IMG/VR virus record: IMGVR_UViG_3300025120_014919 | Span: 32,001 to 96,000 of that record | DNA: 64,000 nt | Direction: 5' to 3' (one strand) | Origin: a virus | Position numbers and translations under genes: made by a program | The notes under the pieces: generated by a model | The model's input: the letters and a program-made list of their open reading frames with translations, nothing else | What the model was told of the DNA's origin: nothing | The model's database searches: none | Part shown: in pieces, positions 38,664-48,232 of the stretch | How the letters are laid out: every line of letters starts with the position of its first letter | How positions within the stretch are numbered: position 1 is the first letter of the stretch

Positions 38664-40207
38664 GATATCGTAAAACTATAGAAAAGGTATTTCCAAAAAA
38701 TGAAGATTTTTTAAATAGGGTTGACCAACAAAATTACATAATTAGAAATGTAATTTTCAATCCTGATAAAAATATAGTTTCAATACCCCAACAAAGTATT
38801 ATATCTTTACAAATAGAAGATAGTTTATTCGACCCTTTTGATAAAGGTCAAATTATATTTAAAGACAATCAATTTGCTTTAGAAAGAAATAGTACCCAAG
38901 AAAATGCTTTCAACGGTATTAATTTTAGAGGGGATGGTAAAGATCTATATCATTTAGATATGTTACCGGTAGAAAAGGAAGAAGAATTATTGGACGATGA
39001 TTTCTATAACGTATTTGGATACAGTAAAACTTTTAGTGTTTACGATGTTGAAAACTTATTAGATGATCCGAATAATATTATAAAAAAGTTAAGTTTTTAC
39101 GATTATGATAAACAATTGCTTTTAGATAAAACTATTTTCTTTTCTACATCAAAAATAGGTAAAGTAGAAGAATTAAAAAATTTAATTTTTTTAAATAATC
39201 AAGAAAGAGGATCGTTAACCGGTATTGCTTTAAGAGATATTTTAAAAAATGGTATGAACGTTGATGATGATACTTTAATTTTCGATAAAGATGACGAGGG
39301 TAATTATGTAGATTTTGAAGATGGTAAATCATTTATGTTCTATACATCGCCTCCAAACAATAAAGCTTATGAGGATTTATTGTATTTTTGCGATAATCAT
39401 GTAAGTGATTCAACTGGTGGAGATTTTTCATTTTTAAAGAAAAACAATTATAACGGTAAATATGGTCTTCAAAGTTTAAGTGAAATTTATAAACAAAACT
39501 ATCGAGAAGGTCAAGACGAACCTGGAAGCTTATTCTTTGAAAAAATAATTATTTCAAATTCTGGAGAGTTTAATGATGATCCGATCGGAAGTGATTTAAA
39601 AACACCAAAAAATTCACCATCTTTTGGTGAAAAAAGCTCTGCAATAAATTATAATTTCTTTAATATTAATACCGTACTAAATGTAGAAAATGTTAATTCA
39701 AAAATTGTACATTCTTATAATCACGATAACAAATCATTCCAGTTTGATGTTGAAAAGGGTAATATCGAGAATGCAAAGGATTCTTTTAATTTTTTATACG
39801 TAGCCGGTAAAGTAAAAGGAAAAGATAAAAGTCCATTTTCGTCTTTTTTAATTAATAATACGAAAAAATTAAATTTAAATTATGAAAATGTTTATTCTTT
39901 ATATGGTCAAAATGAAAATGTAAGATTGAATAAAGGTTTAAACAAATTATTAAAAAATAATTTTTTAACCAATATAGGTGTTGAAATTTATATAAAGGGC
40001 CAGGTTTTTAGAAAATCAGGTACTTTTTTTGCTTTAGAAAGAGCAGAAAATTACGTTGAAAATGATTTTGATAATAAATTACTCGGATCTTATTTAATTT
40101 TAAAGGTAGAGCATATTTTGGATGATAAAAATAAGTATTATAATAAACTAGTTGGGGTAAAAACACACTTTTACCGAGACCCTATAATAAACGAAGATAT
40201 ATTATGA
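38660..40207 (+). CDS. Baseplate hub protein (gp27-like)
   Basis: LQIEDSLFDPF.KG.I, G...RKSG, GSYLILKVEH; follows gp53. Confidence 0.55.
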   Translation: MRYRKTIEKVFPKNEDFLNRVDQQNYIIRNVIFNPDKNIVSIPQQSIISLQIEDSLFDPFDKGQIIFKDNQFALERNSTQENAFNGINFRGDGKDLYHLDMLPVEKEEELLDDDFYNVFGYSKTFSVYDVENLLDDPNNIIKKLSFYDYDKQLLLDKTIFFSTSKIGKVEELKNLIFLNNQERGSLTGIALRDILKNGMNVDDDTLIFDKDDEGNYVDFEDGKSFMFYTSPPNNKAYEDLLYFCDNHVSDSTGGDFSFLKKNNYNGKYGLQSLSEIYKQNYREGQDEPGSLFFEKIIISNSGEFNDDPIGSDLKTPKNSPSFGEKSSAINYNFFNINTVLNVENVNSKIVHSYNHDNKSFQFDVEKGNIENAKDSFNFLYVAGKVKGKDKSPFSSFLINNTKKLNLNYENVYSLYGQNENVRLNKGLNKLLKNNFLTNIGVEIYIKGQVFRKSGTFFALERAENYVENDFDNKLLGSYLILKVEHILDDKNKYYNKLVGVKTHFYRDPIINEDIL

Positions 40208-41064
40208 GTTTTAAAATTACAGCTTTACCAGACTATCTAGACACTATAGTTTTTCAATCTACTGATTTCTATGAGCAAAATAGTAATTTATTAGATATTT
40301 TTAGTGATTATTTAACTGAATTAAATTTAAATATAGGCTATGAAAAAGGAAAATCTTCAGGTGATATTTTAAAAAATAATAATGATTTTTTTAAAAAATT
40401 AAATGACGAAAATTTTATTATAGATGGTGTTCAAATCGATGAAATTAATAAAAACTATTATATCGAAAAATATAATAGTTTGTTTTCAACTATTAAAGAT
40501 TCTGTAAGTACAGTTATAAGTGATAGCAATATATATTTTAAAAATTATTCAGACGATGTCGGTACATTAACTGATTCCTCTTGTATATTAGATGATAGTA
40601 TTATACCATGGTATGATATTTTTAATGAAGATATAGAAATGCCTAATAATTTAAATAGTACCATTTTCAATAAAACGTCAAATAATAATAAAACATTACA
40701 ATTAAAATTTACTAAATTTAATAATGCAATACTTAAAAATAATATGAAAGGTATAGTTGATTACACAAATGTAGAAATTAGTAAGTCTAAAAAAGCACAT
40801 GGTAGTAATTTAGTTACCGACTATTATTACTATAAGAGATTATTCTTATATAAAGAATTAATTGCACAAAGTATTGGTCAATTGTTAAAAGGTTTAGGGG
40901 ACTATATTTTTTATATTAAAAATTTAAATATGAGGCAAAATTCATATAAAGCTACTCTTTTTAAGTATACTGCTAAAATAGAAAATGTAGAACAACAAAT
41001 AGATATACTTAAAAATAGAATATCTAGCACAGCATATCTTACTGACGCAATTATTAAAAATTAA
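40204..41064 (+). CDS. Hypothetical protein
   Basis: 286-aa ORF, ATGA overlap. Confidence 0.7.
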   Translation: MSFKITALPDYLDTIVFQSTDFYEQNSNLLDIFSDYLTELNLNIGYEKGKSSGDILKNNNDFFKKLNDENFIIDGVQIDEINKNYYIEKYNSLFSTIKDSVSTVISDSNIYFKNYSDDVGTLTDSSCILDDSIIPWYDIFNEDIEMPNNLNSTIFNKTSNNNKTLQLKFTKFNNAILKNNMKGIVDYTNVEISKSKKAHGSNLVTDYYYYKRLFLYKELIAQSIGQLLKGLGDYIFYIKNLNMRQNSYKATLFKYTAKIENVEQQIDILKNRISSTAYLTDAIIKN

Positions 41065-41513
41065 TCACTTTGAACGTTTATAAGTTTAGCATCATCAATT
41101 AACTTATTCAATAATTCTTCTCTATTAATTGTAATGCCAATACGTTCGTTATTTTTTTCTTGCAATTCTTTCTTACTCTCAATATCCATTTGTTTTACCT
41201 GAATTTTAGCTTCATTGGCTTTATCTTGCAAAAGTATTTTATTTAAACTTTCAATCGCTGAAGCAGATGCCCCTACTAATTTACTTAGAGCATCAACATC
41301 TCTTGAATCAGGAGCAGATGTAATAAATTGTTTTACTTCTTCTACATAATCTACAGTACCTTTAATCAATTTACCGGAATAGTTTAATAAAAAATTTTCT
41401 AATTCTTCTTTATCTAGATTAAATTCATCTTTTTGTAGTTCTCTTGAAACTTTTGCAGACCCCTTTAATTGAGAAAGCAAATCATCAACAACTATATCTA
41501 CATCATGGTCCAT
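41061..41513 (-). CDS. Possible terminase small subunit (gp16-like)
   Basis: Helical SRDVDALSKLV..AIESLNK and terminal ITINREELLNKL resemble T4-like small terminases; late promoter. Confidence 0.45.
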   Translation of the reverse strand: MDHDVDIVVDDLLSQLKGSAKVSRELQKDEFNLDKEELENFLLNYSGKLIKGTVDYVEEVKQFITSAPDSRDVDALSKLVGASASAIESLNKILLQDKANEAKIQVKQMDIESKKELQEKNNERIGITINREELLNKLIDDAKLINVQSD

Positions 41514-41520
41514 ATAAAAA

Positions 41521-41563
41521 TATTTAATAATAAAGTTGAATAATTAAACATATACGTTATAAT
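41521..41563. promoter_or_regulatory. Divergent late (-) and sigma70-like (+) promoters
   Basis: TAAATA on - at 41521-41526; TTGAAT-N16-TATAAT on + at 41536-41563, 6 nt before ATG 41570. Confidence 0.7.
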
Positions 41564-41569
41564 AGGTTA

Positions 41570-42031
41570 ATGAGTAAAGTTAAAATTAAATTTATAAGAA
41601 CGCATGACGATGCTATTCTACCTACTAAAGCTCACGACGGTGATAATTGTTTTGACCTATATGCAGTTGAAGATACTGTTATACCCTGTAGTAGTTCTTG
41701 GATTGGCGATGTAACTGTTGGTAACGCTGTAATACCTATAGGTATTACTGTTGCTGATATTACTAAAGGTTATGGGTTTGTATTGAGACCTAAGTCTGGT
41801 TTAGGTTTCAAGGCCGGCTTACAACCGCATCTAGGGGAAATTGATAATGGTTATAGAGGTGATTGCGCAGTTAAAATGTATAACTTTAGCAGTAAGAATT
41901 ATACTTTTAAGAAAGGTGATAAAGTCGCCCAGATTAAAATTGAAAAAATTTACGATACAAGTGTTGAGTGGGCTAAAAAGACATCTAAAGCAAAACGTGG
42001 AGATGCAGGGTTTGGGTCCTCAGGTAAGTAA
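41570..42031 (+). CDS. dut: Trimeric dUTPase
   Basis: FDLYA, RPKSGLG, GEIDNGYRG, GDKVAQ, RGDAGFGSSG. Confidence 0.95.
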   Translation: MSKVKIKFIRTHDDAILPTKAHDGDNCFDLYAVEDTVIPCSSSWIGDVTVGNAVIPIGITVADITKGYGFVLRPKSGLGFKAGLQPHLGEIDNGYRGDCAVKMYNFSSKNYTFKKGDKVAQIKIEKIYDTSVEWAKKTSKAKRGDAGFGSSGK

Positions 42032-42033
42032 TT

Positions 42034-42228
42034 ATGGGAACTAAAGGATGTAAAGAGCGGGAAGGTGTAAATCATGCAAAATATAGAGATAATTATGACT
42101 CTATATTTGGTAAAAAAACTAATGGGAACTCAGATATAATTAGTAGTAAGGAAAGTTCTAAACAAATTATTAGAAAAGGTAAATGTTCTACGAATAGAAC
42201 AACTAGTCGATATTATACAGATATTTAA
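42034..42228 (+). CDS. Small basic hypothetical protein
   Basis: 64-aa ORF in operon, YRDNYDSIFGKK. Confidence 0.55.
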   Translation: MGTKGCKEREGVNHAKYRDNYDSIFGKKTNGNSDIISSKESSKQIIRKGKCSTNRTTSRYYTDI

Positions 42229-42230
42229 TT

Positions 42231-42338
42231 ATGGGAAAAGTAACAAGACAAAAGATAACCGAAAGAAAAGTCGGTAATGCGAAGGTGAGAAAGACGGTAA
42301 CAGTAACTGTTACAAAGCCATCAAAAAGAAAAAAATAA
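42231..42338 (+). CDS. Small Lys/Arg-rich peptide (35 aa), not in ORF track
   Basis: MGKVTRQKITERKVGNAKVRKTVTVTVTKPSKRKK*; TAATG coupling to the clamp loader start. Confidence 0.6.
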   Translation: MGKVTRQKITERKVGNAKVRKTVTVTVTKPSKRKK

Positions 42339-43255
42339 TGTTTAATAACTTATACGTAGAAAAGTATAGACCTAAAACGTTAACAGATTTGGTATTATCT
42401 GATAGTAATAGAAAGTATTTCGAATCTATTACCGAGGAAATACCAAATCTGCTTTTCGTCGGTACACCTGGGTTAGGTAAGACTACATTAGCTAGGATAT
42501 TGGTAAATGATATATTAGAATGCCAATACCTTTATATTAATGCCTCAGATGAGAATGGTATCGATACAATACGCTCTAAGGTAGTTGGCTTTAGTCAGAC
42601 TAAGTCTCTCAATGGTAAACATAAAGTAGTCATACTTGATGAAGCCGACGGTATCACCATTGACGGGCAACGCGCACTACGTAATACAATGGAGGAATAT
42701 AGTAGTATGACTCGTTTTATACTTACAGCTAATTATAAACATAAAATTATACCTGCTATTCAAAGTAGAACTCAATTTTTTGATTTAACTCCTCCGTTTG
42801 ATGATGTAGTTAAAAGAGTAGTCGATATTGTAAAGCAAGAAGGTATAAAAATAGAAACTGATCAGAAATCTAATTTTGTTAATGTAATTAAGCAAAGTTA
42901 CCCGGATATCCGTAAGGTATTAAATAGTATTCAAAAAGCTACTATAGGTAATATTTTTACAGTAGACCATAGCGTTGATAGTAAAGAGATAGTTAATGTT
43001 ATCCATAAGCATATGACATCTAAAGATTCTCTAAAGCTAAGAAAGTATCTAATTGAAAACGAAAATGAGTTTCAAGGGGATTACCATAATTTAATGAAAC
43101 AGTACTTAAATTATGTATACACTTGTAGTATAGACGATAATAAAAAACGTCAATATATAGTAACTATTTCAGATCATATGTATAAAGACGTATTTGTCTT
43201 GGATAAGGAAATTAATGCTTTTGCCTGCTGGGTTAATTTAGAAAAACTTGATTAA
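42338..43255 (+). CDS. 44: Clamp loader ATPase subunit (T4 gp44 / RFC-like)
   Basis: EKYRP, GTPGLGKTT, INASDENGID, ILDEAD, QRALRNTME, IQSR. Confidence 0.95.
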   Translation: MFNNLYVEKYRPKTLTDLVLSDSNRKYFESITEEIPNLLFVGTPGLGKTTLARILVNDILECQYLYINASDENGIDTIRSKVVGFSQTKSLNGKHKVVILDEADGITIDGQRALRNTMEEYSSMTRFILTANYKHKIIPAIQSRTQFFDLTPPFDDVVKRVVDIVKQEGIKIETDQKSNFVNVIKQSYPDIRKVLNSIQKATIGNIFTVDHSVDSKEIVNVIHKHMTSKDSLKLRKYLIENENEFQGDYHNLMKQYLNYVYTCSIDDNKKRQYIVTISDHMYKDVFVLDKEINAFACWVNLEKLD

Positions 43256-43263
43256 ATAGTTAA

Positions 43264-43716
43264 ATGAAAGATGATCTATATCTAATTGCTGAACAATATA
43301 ATGTAGTTTTAACTGAAGAACAGGAAAAAGAAGAAGAAAAAAATAAAGCTATCGATAAACTTCAAATAGCTTTAGATATAGCTGGTTTCGAACCTACATT
43401 TGGAAGTATAGCAGATGCAATAAATGTTGTGATATCTACTTTAAGAACAGGGTTATCTTTAGCGCGACTAGAAGGTGATAAGGCAAAGGAACATGCTATT
43501 AATGCTGGTATATCTGCTATTTCTTTATTACCATTCGCAGATGTAATTAAAGTATTAAAACTACGTAAATTAGGTAAAGTTAAACGTCCGGCGACAAAGT
43601 TAGCTGTAAAAGGTGGTAGAGCCATCAAAGGGTATGGGAAGAGGCAAAAGCAAAAAAGAATTGATGATTATCGTCAATCTCAGGAATTAGATCAAGATAA
43701 TATCGAGCTAGCTTAA
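43264..43716 (+). CDS. Late protein with pre-toxin (PT-TG-like) motif
   Basis: LDIAGFEPTFGSIADAIN...NAGISAISLLPF; N-terminal DLYLIAEQY; TAAATA-N5-ATG. Confidence 0.6.
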   Translation: MKDDLYLIAEQYNVVLTEEQEKEEEKNKAIDKLQIALDIAGFEPTFGSIADAINVVISTLRTGLSLARLEGDKAKEHAINAGISAISLLPFADVIKVLKLRKLGKVKRPATKLAVKGGRAIKGYGKRQKQKRIDDYRQSQELDQDNIELA

Positions 43717-43723
43717 TTTACAA

Positions 43724-44044
43724 CTATGCAATTGGTTTACCAATTATTTTTTCCATGGCTTGTTTTTGACCCATTTCTTCGTCACTAATCTTCATTTTAC
43801 CAGCTTTTTTCATTGCAGCGTCGCCAAGATCTTTAAGCTGTTCAGCTGTAAGGTAATTTAAAGCATCAAATAATTTTTCTAGAGTCATTCCAGTACCTTT
43901 TACCACAGCGCCGGTTGCTGCTAACCCAACTTTACCAGCAGTGCGACCTGTTAATTTAGCAGCTCCTTTGGCAAAGTCACCAAAACTCTCCTCATGTACC
44001 TGGGTATATGCTTCTTCTAATAATTTTGTATCGTTATTTTTCAT
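43724..44044 (-). CDS. Small late protein, candidate internal head protein
   Basis: MKNNDTKLLEEAY start, Gly/Ala-rich amphipathic middle. Confidence 0.7.
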   Translation of the reverse strand: MKNNDTKLLEEAYTQVHEESFGDFAKGAAKLTGRTAGKVGLAATGAVVKGTGMTLEKLFDALNYLTAEQLKDLGDAAMKKAGKMKISDEEMGQKQAMEKIIGKPIA

Positions 44045-44048
44045 AAAT

Positions 44049-44633
44049 TTAACCGTTTATTGGCATATACTGTGATGTATAGTTTTCATTAACTGCGGGT
44101 GATGGTGTTGCTGGAGATGAAGGAATCTTTGTATTTTTTGTTGCATTAGTAAGATTCGTCTTTTTAAGACTATCTCCTTGTTGGGTCATCCTTGTTATTT
44201 CAATTTCATCTTCTTCGCTAACTTCTCTTGGATCGATCTGAACTTTATTATCACCACGTGTTTTAGGGTCTACTGGGTGTCTATTAATACCTAAATCAAT
44301 GGTATCCAGCATATCACTAGTAAGCTTTACTTGACCCTTTTCATCATGCAAACCCGGTGCTATTTCTCTTGCTACTGTTATATAGAAGAAATTTTGTCTA
44401 TTATCATCATTACCAGGTTGTCTCGATGGGTACTTATTAACTACATTAGTTATAATGTAATTGCTATCCGTATCAAAATAATCATCAATATATTTTTTCT
44501 GTTCACTATTTTGTTCTTTATAGCCATCTTTGGATTTATAATCACTAGCTAATTTAACTAACCCTCCAGGTTGAAACCCGCTATTCATTTTATCTGTAAT
44601 TTGCTCAATTAATTTTAAAAACTTACGCTTCAT
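44049..44633 (-). CDS. Late hypothetical protein
   Basis: 194 aa, MKRKFLKLIE start, TAAATA-N5-ATG. Confidence 0.75.
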   Translation of the reverse strand: MKRKFLKLIEQITDKMNSGFQPGGLVKLASDYKSKDGYKEQNSEQKKYIDDYFDTDSNYIITNVVNKYPSRQPGNDDNRQNFFYITVAREIAPGLHDEKGQVKLTSDMLDTIDLGINRHPVDPKTRGDNKVQIDPREVSEEDEIEITRMTQQGDSLKKTNLTNATKNTKIPSSPATPSPAVNENYTSQYMPING

Positions 44634-44679
44634 ATTATTATTTATTTACATCTACACTATTTTAAATTAAATATTAGAA

Positions 44680-45159
44680 ATGGCTAAAATTACTTTAGAT
44701 ATTCTTAAAAAAACTGAAGAAAGACAACCTGGTGACCTGTTTAGAGATCTAAATTTAAGTTATCTATTCGGTAAGGATGTTGATGGCGAACTTGAAAAGC
44801 AATATCAATTAATAGATATATTTACTGATACGAACTTAAATGCTATAGCTAATTCATTTGTATCAATTTTAACCACAAGCCCTGGTAGTAAGATACTAAA
44901 TCCTAGATTCGGAGTTAATCTAGGAAATCTTTTATTTTTACCGGTTACAACAGGTAGAGGTCAAAGTATAGGTGAAGGGGTTGTACAAGCTTTACAAAAA
45001 TATGAACCGAGAATTTTAGTTCAAGGTTTGGAAGTCTTAGCAGACCCGGAAAACAATCAATATACATTAAATCTTAGATTTAAGGTACCTACTTTCAATA
45101 ATGAGGTATTTACCATAAAAGGTAGATTTAAAGAAGGAGGATTTTATATAGAAAAATAA
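44680..45159 (+). CDS. 25: Baseplate wedge subunit (gp25-like)
   Basis: AIANS..SILTTSPG....PRFGVNL..LLF.P, KYEPRI. Confidence 0.88.
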   Translation: MAKITLDILKKTEERQPGDLFRDLNLSYLFGKDVDGELEKQYQLIDIFTDTNLNAIANSFVSILTTSPGSKILNPRFGVNLGNLLFLPVTTGRGQSIGEGVVQALQKYEPRILVQGLEVLADPENNQYTLNLRFKVPTFNNEVFTIKGRFKEGGFYIEK

Positions 45160-45163
45160 TATT

Positions 45164-46984
45164 ATGGCAATAGAAACAGATTTCAATTTACAAAAAAATG
45201 CGTACACATCATTTGACGCTTCAACGTTAAAAGATTTAATACTAAAAAGATTAACTGATGATGGTAAGTTTACTGACCAATTATTTGAAGGTAGTAATAT
45301 TAATGCTGTCATTGATATAATATCGTATTCGTACCACACTCTATTATTTTATCTAAATCAAACTTCTTCTGAGTCTTTATTTTCAGAAGCTACTTTATAT
45401 GAAAATATGAATAGAATAGTTAAATTAATTGACTACAAGCCGACTGGTTTTAAAACGTCTCTTTTAGCATTCAAAGCAACTGGTTCAGCTAACCTACCAA
45501 ATAATTTATATACTATACCAAGATATTCATTTTTCATTGTCGATGGTGTTTATTATTCATTCAATCAAGATGTTTCGTTCGCTAAAACTACAAATGGTGT
45601 TGAAAAATTAACTTCCCTTTCAGAAAATAGTTTATTATACCAGGGTAGATATTTTGAATTTCCAGAACAGGTCGCAATAGGAGAAGAATTTGAAACAGTT
45701 ACTTTATCAATAAAAGATATAAATTCTAATAAATCTTTTTTAGTTGACCATGACTCAGTAGATGTATATGTTGAAAATATTAATACCGGTGCATTTACAA
45801 AATTTAATGAAACTAATTCATTATTTGCTGAAACCGCTCTACCGGTATATGAAAAAAGAATTAACGAAAATGGATTTTATGAAATAAAATTTGGGGATGG
45901 TATTTTTGGTAATAAATTAAACGAAGGTGATAAAATATATATTTTTTATCTAAAAAGTGATGGTCAATCAGGTGAAGTATCTTCAGGAAAATTAGATGGT
46001 AATGAAATAAACTTTTATACATCGGCATTATTTCAAAGAATACAAGAATTTATATATAAAGATGCTAATTTAACCTTTTTAACACCAACACAAGTATCTG
46101 AAATTGCCTTTTTAAATGAGGTACCATCAACTCAGTTTAAAGATAAAGAAAGTGTTGAAGAAATAGAAAAAAATTCACCTAAAATATTTTCTTCGCAAGA
46201 TAGATTGGTAGTAAACAATGATTTTACCAATTTTATCGAAAAACGTTATTCAAATATAGTTAGAGGTGTTAACGTTGTTAATAATAGAAACTATATTAAT
46301 GGTTATATGACATATTTTTATAATTTAGGTTTTAATCGTCCTAACGATGACCCAAGATTTTTACTCAATCAATTAAAATTTTCATCAAGTTCAGAAATCA
46401 ATAACATTTATATATTTTTAGTACCTAAATTTAACCAATATGACCAAGGTAACATTGAAAATAATTACTTAACAACGTCTCAAAAAAATACAATTATCAA
46501 TTCAATGGAGGATACGAAGTTAATATCGTTAGATTTAGTACCAGTTGATCCCATATATCAAGCATTTGGTATTGGCTTAGAAATAGATAATTTAGAAAAA
46601 ATAGATAGCACTTTGATAGAAGAATCATTTTTAGTAATAGAAAAAAATGAATCTTCACTTATAAATGATCAAAATATTATACAAGAAGTCAATAATATTT
46701 TTATAAATTATTTTAAAGGTTTAACTTTAGGTAAACCTGTTAGTATTTTAACTTTAAAGAGTAGTATATTGTCATTACAAGGTGTAGTAAATTTAAAAAC
46801 TAGACGGGTTCGGAATGGTAGTACCGTTTCTGAAGTTGATAACATTTCACTACTAAAATTTAATCCAGTATATCCAGATATTGATATAGAAATAGTTTCA
46901 AATGAATTTGCAACACAATATTTTCAATTCCCATTCTTGTATAACAATACTATAAAAAATCAAATTATTGTAGAAAATGCCTAG
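45164..46984 (+). CDS. 6: Baseplate wedge subunit (gp6-like)
   Basis: FTDQLFEGSN..IDIISY, ESLFSEA, YEIKFGDGIFG, ESVEEI..SQDRLV..DF. Confidence 0.9.
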   Translation: MAIETDFNLQKNAYTSFDASTLKDLILKRLTDDGKFTDQLFEGSNINAVIDIISYSYHTLLFYLNQTSSESLFSEATLYENMNRIVKLIDYKPTGFKTSLLAFKATGSANLPNNLYTIPRYSFFIVDGVYYSFNQDVSFAKTTNGVEKLTSLSENSLLYQGRYFEFPEQVAIGEEFETVTLSIKDINSNKSFLVDHDSVDVYVENINTGAFTKFNETNSLFAETALPVYEKRINENGFYEIKFGDGIFGNKLNEGDKIYIFYLKSDGQSGEVSSGKLDGNEINFYTSALFQRIQEFIYKDANLTFLTPTQVSEIAFLNEVPSTQFKDKESVEEIEKNSPKIFSSQDRLVVNNDFTNFIEKRYSNIVRGVNVVNNRNYINGYMTYFYNLGFNRPNDDPRFLLNQLKFSSSSEINNIYIFLVPKFNQYDQGNIENNYLTTSQKNTIINSMEDTKLISLDLVPVDPIYQAFGIGLEIDNLEKIDSTLIEESFLVIEKNESSLINDQNIIQEVNNIFINYFKGLTLGKPVSILTLKSSILSLQGVVNLKTRRVRNGSTVSEVDNISLLKFNPVYPDIDIEIVSNEFATQYFQFPFLYNNTIKNQIIVENA

Positions 46985-48218
46985 TTTAGATTATATTTTT
47001 AAAAATGATTATAATAATTTGCGTACAACTAACGTAGATGTACGGGTAACTGATTATAATGATGTAGAAACATTATCTGCATATTCAGGAGGTATTGGTA
47101 AAATAACTGTTACACCGAAATTTATAGATTTCTCAACAGGAGACACGCAGATAGCTAGTAGTAATAATTACATTATAGATCTTGGTGACGGTACAATAAC
47201 AAAAAGTTTATCAACTAAACATTTTTATAAAAATGCTGGAGAATATGAAATAAAAATTATAGTAGTAGATAAATCTGGTGCTTTATTAAGATCACCTATT
47301 ACTAAAAAAATTAAAGTAAATGATATAATACCAGATACTCTTTACCTTACATACGGTAATAATTATTATACACCTTTAGGCTATTCAGGTGGTTCTCAAC
47401 CTATATCAACAATGGCTCAAGAATTTTTCGTTACAAGGTATAATACTACAGTTTCATCTAAAATTTTAGAAAATAATGATTATAAAGTAAATTTAAGCGT
47501 AGATGGTAATGAAACTGAATTTTATGATGTAGAAAAATATAATAATGATAGGGATTTCCAATTGAAAAAAGTATCTTTTTTCTGCGATAGAAAGGACAAA
47601 TTTAAAATAATAGATTCAGTAACCACCACTAACGTTAATATTTACGCAGGTATAAAAATTAATGAAAATGCAGATAATGAAATTATAGTAAAACCTGAAG
47701 TATTGGTAACGAGAGATGAAAAATTATTTACTTCAATAGTAGGTACATCAGGGGTTGGTCAATTCTTTTACTATGAAGACCCAAAAGATGATTTTAAAAT
47801 TGATATTCCTAAAACTTTTTCATGCTTACCACCAATAAATTATTTTTTATACGATAATGATGGGTTCTATTTTAATAATATTACTACATTAGATTTAGGT
47901 GCTTCAAATGGTAACTATATTTTAAAAAATGTACCTAAAGAATATCCAATAACAATATTAAATGGTGGTAGTACCTATATACAAATTTTAACCGGTCTTA
48001 GTGAAACATATTATGGTAGTAAAACAGTTATAAATACTGAAAATGATGGTAAATATAACTTTTATTATGGCGATGTAGCTTTTAATATTAATGGTAATTT
48101 TGGATTTACTAGTTTTTATACATTTTTCAATGGTTACTTTGGAGGAAAGAATATATTACAGTATAAACATGAATGTATAATTGATCAATTGGAAAGTAAC
48201 TTTATAATACAAAATTAG
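46977..48218 (+). CDS. Structural protein with PKD/Ig-like domain
   Basis: IDLGDGT..KHFYKNAGEYEIKI PKD pattern. Confidence 0.65.
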   Translation: MPSLDYIFKNDYNNLRTTNVDVRVTDYNDVETLSAYSGGIGKITVTPKFIDFSTGDTQIASSNNYIIDLGDGTITKSLSTKHFYKNAGEYEIKIIVVDKSGALLRSPITKKIKVNDIIPDTLYLTYGNNYYTPLGYSGGSQPISTMAQEFFVTRYNTTVSSKILENNDYKVNLSVDGNETEFYDVEKYNNDRDFQLKKVSFFCDRKDKFKIIDSVTTTNVNIYAGIKINENADNEIIVKPEVLVTRDEKLFTSIVGTSGVGQFFYYEDPKDDFKIDIPKTFSCLPPINYFLYDNDGFYFNNITTLDLGASNGNYILKNVPKEYPITILNGGSTYIQILTGLSETYYGSKTVINTENDGKYNFYYGDVAFNINGNFGFTSFYTFFNGYFGGKNILQYKHECIIDQLESNFIIQN

Positions 48219-48232
48219 TTATAAATATTAGT

